A stretch of 64,000 nt of DNA from Anthoceros angustus (lineage: Eukaryota > Plantae > Anthocerotophyta). The stretch's first letter is position 1. Every line of letters begins with the position of its first letter. Below, piece after piece: positions 59,364 to 64,000 of this stretch. A program made the position numbers and the translations under genes. The notes under the pieces were generated by a model, which saw only the letters and a program-made list of their open reading frames with translations, made no database searches and had not been told where the DNA came from. The DNA is taken from positions 2,790,001 to 2,854,000 of the forward strand of contig VJWM01000025.1 of NCBI GenBank assembly GCA_010909165.1, written 5' to 3'.

Positions 59364-61142
59364 TCAGAGCGACATTCTCCTTCGAACTCTTCGGGTTTCC
59401 GGTCGGACCATGAGACCATAGTCGAGCTCCTGGGGAGCAGCTTCAGAAACATGAGGCTCCGGCTGAGGGGAGGTTGGAGGAAGTTGGTCTTGCTGCGGAG
59501 CTTCCGGTCGGATGTCTTCCACTGGCCTGTTGCGCTGGTGCATTCGGTTTCTCACAGCCTGGATGGAGCCTCGCCAGTGGGGCAAGTATTCTCGCACCCT
59601 TGAGCACAGGCTCGACCAGGTACCGGTCCACATGTTCCCAGCGTTGGTTCCAGAGTAGTAGAACCCGAAAGCGTGGCCTCTGGAAGCTGTGCGGCTTGTC
59701 GTCTCCGCGGAGGACCAGGTGGTGTCCGCTCTTGCTGACTCATGTTCTTCACCATCCTCGTCTTGCTCATCCGCATTCCGCAAGTAGTCGTGACTGGTGT
59801 CGCTCGCATCTGAAGCGGTGGCCTCGTCGTAGTCGCTGCCTTCCATGTCCACACTCCGCCGGTTGATTGTGGAGTGCGCTATGCTCTGCTCGTCGTCCAC
59901 GATGGCGCCGCCGTCGAAACCCTCGGGCTCCGGGTAGTCGGGATCGCTGTCCGTAGCCTCGTCGATCTCCTGGTACACCTCCTCGCGATCGGCGCCGTTG
60001 TCTGGGGTCGGGGCCGGGGCCGGGGCCGGGACCTGATCCGGCACCTGATGAGCCTCTTCTTGGACAGCGCCGATCTCCTCCACACGGCCGGGTGCATGCG
60101 CAGGCGCAGCGTCTCCCCCGATCTCATCGCCCGTGCCGCGAGCTTCATCTGCCTCCTGTTGCCGCTCGGGGACGTCCTGCAATAGGGTGAGTGCCGCGTG
60201 CGAGCTCCCGCCTGCTGCTTCCTCATGCGACTCCGCGGTCGGCTCGTGGCCGGATCTCCTGCTCTCCTCGGCCTCTTCTCCGACACGGGATCCCTGGGAC
60301 GCGCTTCTTGCTTCCCTGCTCCTCCTGCTCGCGATTGCTTCCTGAGCTCGTTGCCTTGCCCTAGATCTGGCTCGCCTCTGCACTCGCCTTCGGACGGCTC
60401 CCCTCCGCGACGGTGCCACCTCGATGCCTTCCGCCTGGCTCTTCAAGAACCGCCGCTCAATGGACCAGCACAGGCTGATGTCTTGCGGCTGATTCACAAT
60501 GCTGGACTCCACCTTGTCTCGCAGCCTGTCCTTCCAAGGAGGGACTTGGAACCAAGAGCTGCATGCAGCGATCGGATCAGGCTTTACCACGGCAGAACAG
60601 CCAAGACCCGCACGCGCCGCATGCGCACTCTCCAATCTCCCGCCCGGCTCCGGGCCTTGGCAGAAACGCCGAAACTGCTCCCACGCCTGCCTCACACGGT
60701 GCAACTGGAGCAAGAAGCACCAAACCGGCTGCGATCCAGGACGCCACACCGGATCTCCCTCCTCCTCCAACGGCACCAGTTCCGACACCAGCCGATCGAA
60801 CAGAGCGGCTTTGCAGAGCAGGCAGAGCTCGCACCGGTACCGTCCTCGCGCTGTGTCCGAAGCTCCACCATCGCACCGCTGGTGCGGATTAGGTTTTCCT
60901 CGAATGCCACAACACGGACACATGTCTTCCGCACGCCGCTGCCTCCAGGCGCAGCTGCGATGCACCGCGTCTCCGCACGGCTGCCATCTCTCCCAGCGCT
61001 GCCCCGCCACCGGCTGCTGACAGATCTGGCACAGGCATTCCTCATCCATGACCATGACACAATCCCCGCGACCGAGTCCGATCCAGCTCCCGGCAGTCCC
61101 CGGCGGTGCGCGCCAATGCGCCTCGTCTCCCAGGCGCCGCAA
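59364..61142 (-). CDS. Intronless 592-aa protein with an N-terminal RING-like domain and a long acidic disordered tail
   Basis: CQIC..WERWQPCGDAVHRSC..CPCC; second Cys cluster CELCLLC; GC-rich open frame. Confidence 0.72.
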   Translation of the reverse strand: MRRLGDEAHWRAPPGTAGSWIGLGRGDCVMVMDEECLCQICQQPVAGQRWERWQPCGDAVHRSCAWRQRRAEDMCPCCGIRGKPNPHQRCDGGASDTARGRYRCELCLLCKAALFDRLVSELVPLEEEGDPVWRPGSQPVWCFLLQLHRVRQAWEQFRRFCQGPEPGGRLESAHAARAGLGCSAVVKPDPIAACSSWFQVPPWKDRLRDKVESSIVNQPQDISLCWSIERRFLKSQAEGIEVAPSRRGAVRRRVQRRARSRARQRAQEAIASRRSREARSASQGSRVGEEAEESRRSGHEPTAESHEEAAGGSSHAALTLLQDVPERQQEADEARGTGDEIGGDAAPAHAPGRVEEIGAVQEEAHQVPDQVPAPAPAPTPDNGADREEVYQEIDEATDSDPDYPEPEGFDGGAIVDDEQSIAHSTINRRSVDMEGSDYDEATASDASDTSHDYLRNADEQDEDGEEHESARADTTWSSAETTSRTASRGHAFGFYYSGTNAGNMWTGTWSSLCSRVREYLPHWRGSIQAVRNRMHQRNRPVEDIRPEAPQQDQLPPTSPQPEPHVSEAAPQELDYGLMVRPETRRVRRRMSL

Positions 61143-61434
61143 GCCAAGCCTTCAAGAGGCAGCCGCTTCGGTTGCGCCCGCTCCCTGTCGTCGTCCTCAT
61201 GACGGTCCTCTGCCTGAGGCCTGGCCTCTCTGCGGCCATGGCAGCGTCGGTTCGCGGTTCACTTGAAGCATGACAGCAACCGCCAAAACCAGTTTCCGTT
61301 GTCTCGGTCAGTTGGCTAGACATTAGCGGCCACCTAAACCGTAACCGGGACGCGCAATAGGTAGTGAAATAATTAACTTTATTCCAGAGAGTATACAAGA
61401 CGCCTTGCCTTGTAGGAAGACGACGAGATGGAGG

Positions 61435-63930
61435 TCAGGCCTTAAATCTCCCGCTGTATCCATACGATTCCAGCAATTTCTCATCCTCTCTCCAGTCTTT
61501 CCGGACAAGAACCCGGATCTGCACAGGGACGACATGAAGGGGTAACATGGCATCAGGTACGAGCACCTGATTGCAGACCTACTGAAATCAGTGTTTATTA
61601 AGGAACAGCGCAGGATGAGTCACCTCGACGAAAACATTCCTGCCTAGGAACTCTTCGATGTCCAACCTTGCTGCTGTGGCTAGAACCTTCATTGCAATCC
61701 CATCCTGCACAGAGTGATTCAAGTTAGCATTTGAAGGCACAAGTTGCGAATGTGGTGGGTACTGTTGGCCTCTGGAGAGAGTAATGAGGCTAGACCTTGC
61801 CCAGCAGGATGGCTCTCTGGGATTCCCTTTCGACGAGAACTTCAATCTCAATGAAGTCCTTGCCTGCTTGTCTGGTTGCATACTTGACCACGTTCACCTG
61901 TGAGAACCCACAGGGCAGTTAATGTCTGCAGCAGGAGGCATGGGCTCCTTGCAGGTGATAGAATCATGGTTACCTGACACACGTACGGGATTTCCTGCTG
62001 GTACTGCATCAAAATCTTCTCCCGGACAATCTCTCCCACAAAGAACTTCTCTGGATGCTCGCTTACAATGTCCTGACGGCATCTGTAAAGGTCATGTTCT
62101 GCTATACACAGAGGGGGACTGGTTTGTACCCAGAAAGTGGACTCACTTTAGGATAATATGATGGCCCGTAAGGTAACTTGTTCACCAGCCACTCCCTCAC
62201 TTCGTTGACTCCATGACCGTGCTTGGCACTGACAGCCAATACATGATCTGCTTTGCCAAAGTTTTCATACCACTGCCAACAGCAGGCACATAGCTCATTG
62301 TCCTCCACATCTTTGGACTGCATTCTAGGATTGCATCTGACTTGTTTGCACGGTGGAAGTGTGACAAGCCAAAGAGTTGTGTCAAGCACATCAATACCTC
62401 TACTCGTTTGGCCAGCTCCCCCGGCTTCACTAGATCCTTCTTATTTACTACAAGCAGTGTCGGCCTTCTCTCCAGAACCGATGCGGCACCTTCCTCGAAC
62501 ATGCTGGCTACCTGTTTCCGGAGCACCAAGCCTTTACACTCACAGATTCGCCATATTTTTGCGCGGAATTCAGAACAGGAAAGGAAGCATTGCTGCTCTG
62601 GGAGGCATTGGGCCACTTCATACCTCCTCCGGTAGTTTGCAAGCGTCAACGATGATCAAGACACAATCAGCGTTGAGAGTAGCAGTCCGCACATTTTGCA
62701 TCATTAGCTCATCCAGTTTCTTCACCTTCTTGGAGATAACACCTGGCGTATCATACAATATCATCTGCACACGAATGCAGAAGGCCGTCCAGCAAAATTG
62801 GGCATCACAAGCTCTCACCACAATAATCCACACCATTACCCAGGTGTGCAACATAACCCACCTGATACTGGGGACCGGAAGCAATACCAAGTATTCTGTG
62901 CCGAGTCGTCTGTGGCTTACTTGTAACGATTGAAAGTTTCTGCCCAATCAGCTGATTCAAGAGCGTGCTCTTCCCAACGTTTGGCTTCCCGATCAGTGCA
63001 ACATATCCTGCACAAAGCAGAAACGGGAGTAGCAATGTGAGATGGCCATCTCTGTGTCAGCAAATTTCCAAATCCTCCGAGAACGGGATGCCAAGCAAGG
63101 CATTGCATTGCATTCGGAGCAACTCGCTTTTCCCACGAGAGTTTCCCAGAGTCCGAAATTTGGAAGCATACCACTCTTGTGATCAGGCTCCACTTTCAAA
63201 TCCCTGTAATCCGATTGCCCGAAGCTGGTACCAACATCCTCGTCCAGATAATCAGCTGACACATGCTTCCTCGACGGGCCTGCATCTTGCAAGTCCTCAA
63301 GCTTCCTGGCAGGCTTGTTGTTGAGGAGGAAGACGGGAGGAGGCTGCTTGGAAGATGCAGAGCTGGCTGTCACACACAGCCCCCTGCACTCCCTCGCTCT
63401 GTCTGCAGCATCAGCAACCTGATCCAGGAGGCTCCTTCCCGAAAAAGACACCATCCTCCCGCATTTGACAAAACCAGAGTAGCATGGCAAGCTGTCTACG
63501 GCGCCCACATGAGCACGCCTCCTAACCAGGCTAGTGTCCATCACTTCCATCCCTGCCCAGGCTCTGCATGCAGTGCCCATGTACGGCACTCCAACCTGGT
63601 GTTTCCGGGTGCCGTCCTCGCATATCGGTTAGTGAGCCATCCGGTCAAGACGAGGGCAGATTCTAAGAAACTGTCAGGCTTTTGCAACTAGGGTTCCCGG
63701 CCTTCGTTGTTCAAGATCATCTATGCCGCTGCTGCATCATAGGCTCACGTAGGCGCAGCCCTGTAGGATGCGCAACGAGCTTCAGCAGTGTGGGGTAATT
63801 CGCGAGCACAGAAGTGGGTGGGAGAAGCTAGCTTCCGGATCTGGAGCAGGGAGCGGATTCGTCCTTGCAAGATCTGCCAGGGCAGGAAGCCCGGTGGGTG
63901 TGCCTGGACGAAAGTGGCGAGCTGTGCCAT
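61435..63930 (-). CDS. ERA: Era-family GTPase with KH domain, probably plastid-targeted (multi-exon; first exon tentative)
   Basis: GKPNVGKS; KPQTTRH; DTPG; NKKD; VSAKHGHG; EIVREKI; EIPY; KDFIEIEV; [10 protein letters not shown]. Confidence 0.95.
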
Positions 63931-64000
63931 GAAGAGAAGCGATTGGTGAAGGGCATGTCAGACCGGGGGTACAGCTGGACTTCTGCGCAGTGGGTTGGTT

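Noticed and set aside
60198-61202. 334-aa plus-strand ORF
   Set aside because: Antisense shadow of the 592-aa RING-like gene.
61850-61900. Apparent frameshift in ERA suggested by the ORF track
   Set aside because: The exon reads [20 protein letters not shown] in one frame; the listed ORF is another frame.
1-64000. tRNA or rRNA genes
   Set aside because: No cloverleaf or rRNA signature recognised by eye; a tRNAscan-SE or Infernal run would be needed to exclude them fully.

Overview
Eukaryotic nuclear DNA from a compact, non-seed land-plant genome. Short GT-AG introns (about 80-160 nt) and GC-rich exons suggest a hornwort- or Selaginella-like organism; this is inference only. Positions 1-18.6 kb are a retrotransposon nest. 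A Ty1/Copia element (PBS at 50, 3' LTR ending at 15346) carries a ~7.7 kb insert, microhomology-bounded internal duplications and an intact antisense ORF. It directly abuts, and probably inserted into, a decayed Ty3/Gypsy element with the architecture protease - DNMT3-like C5 cytosine methyltransferase - RT start - [deletion] - PHD finger - PPT - LTR. That methyltransferase/PHD-bearing retroelement is the main finding. Host genes are VPS36, PUR3/GART, a cyanobacterial-type thylakoid lumen protein, SECE2, an unknown spliced gene, GDPDL/SHV3-like, an ULTRAPETALA-domain protein with a very long N-terminal extension, SS5 and an Era GTPase. Two adjacent intronless RING genes, one with three RING-H2 domains, are separated by AT-rich DNA containing a Tc1/mariner-type MITE. 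No tRNA, rRNA or CRISPR array is supported. Exon boundaries were read by eye. Repeat copies differ by many 1-nt indels, which may be consensus errors.
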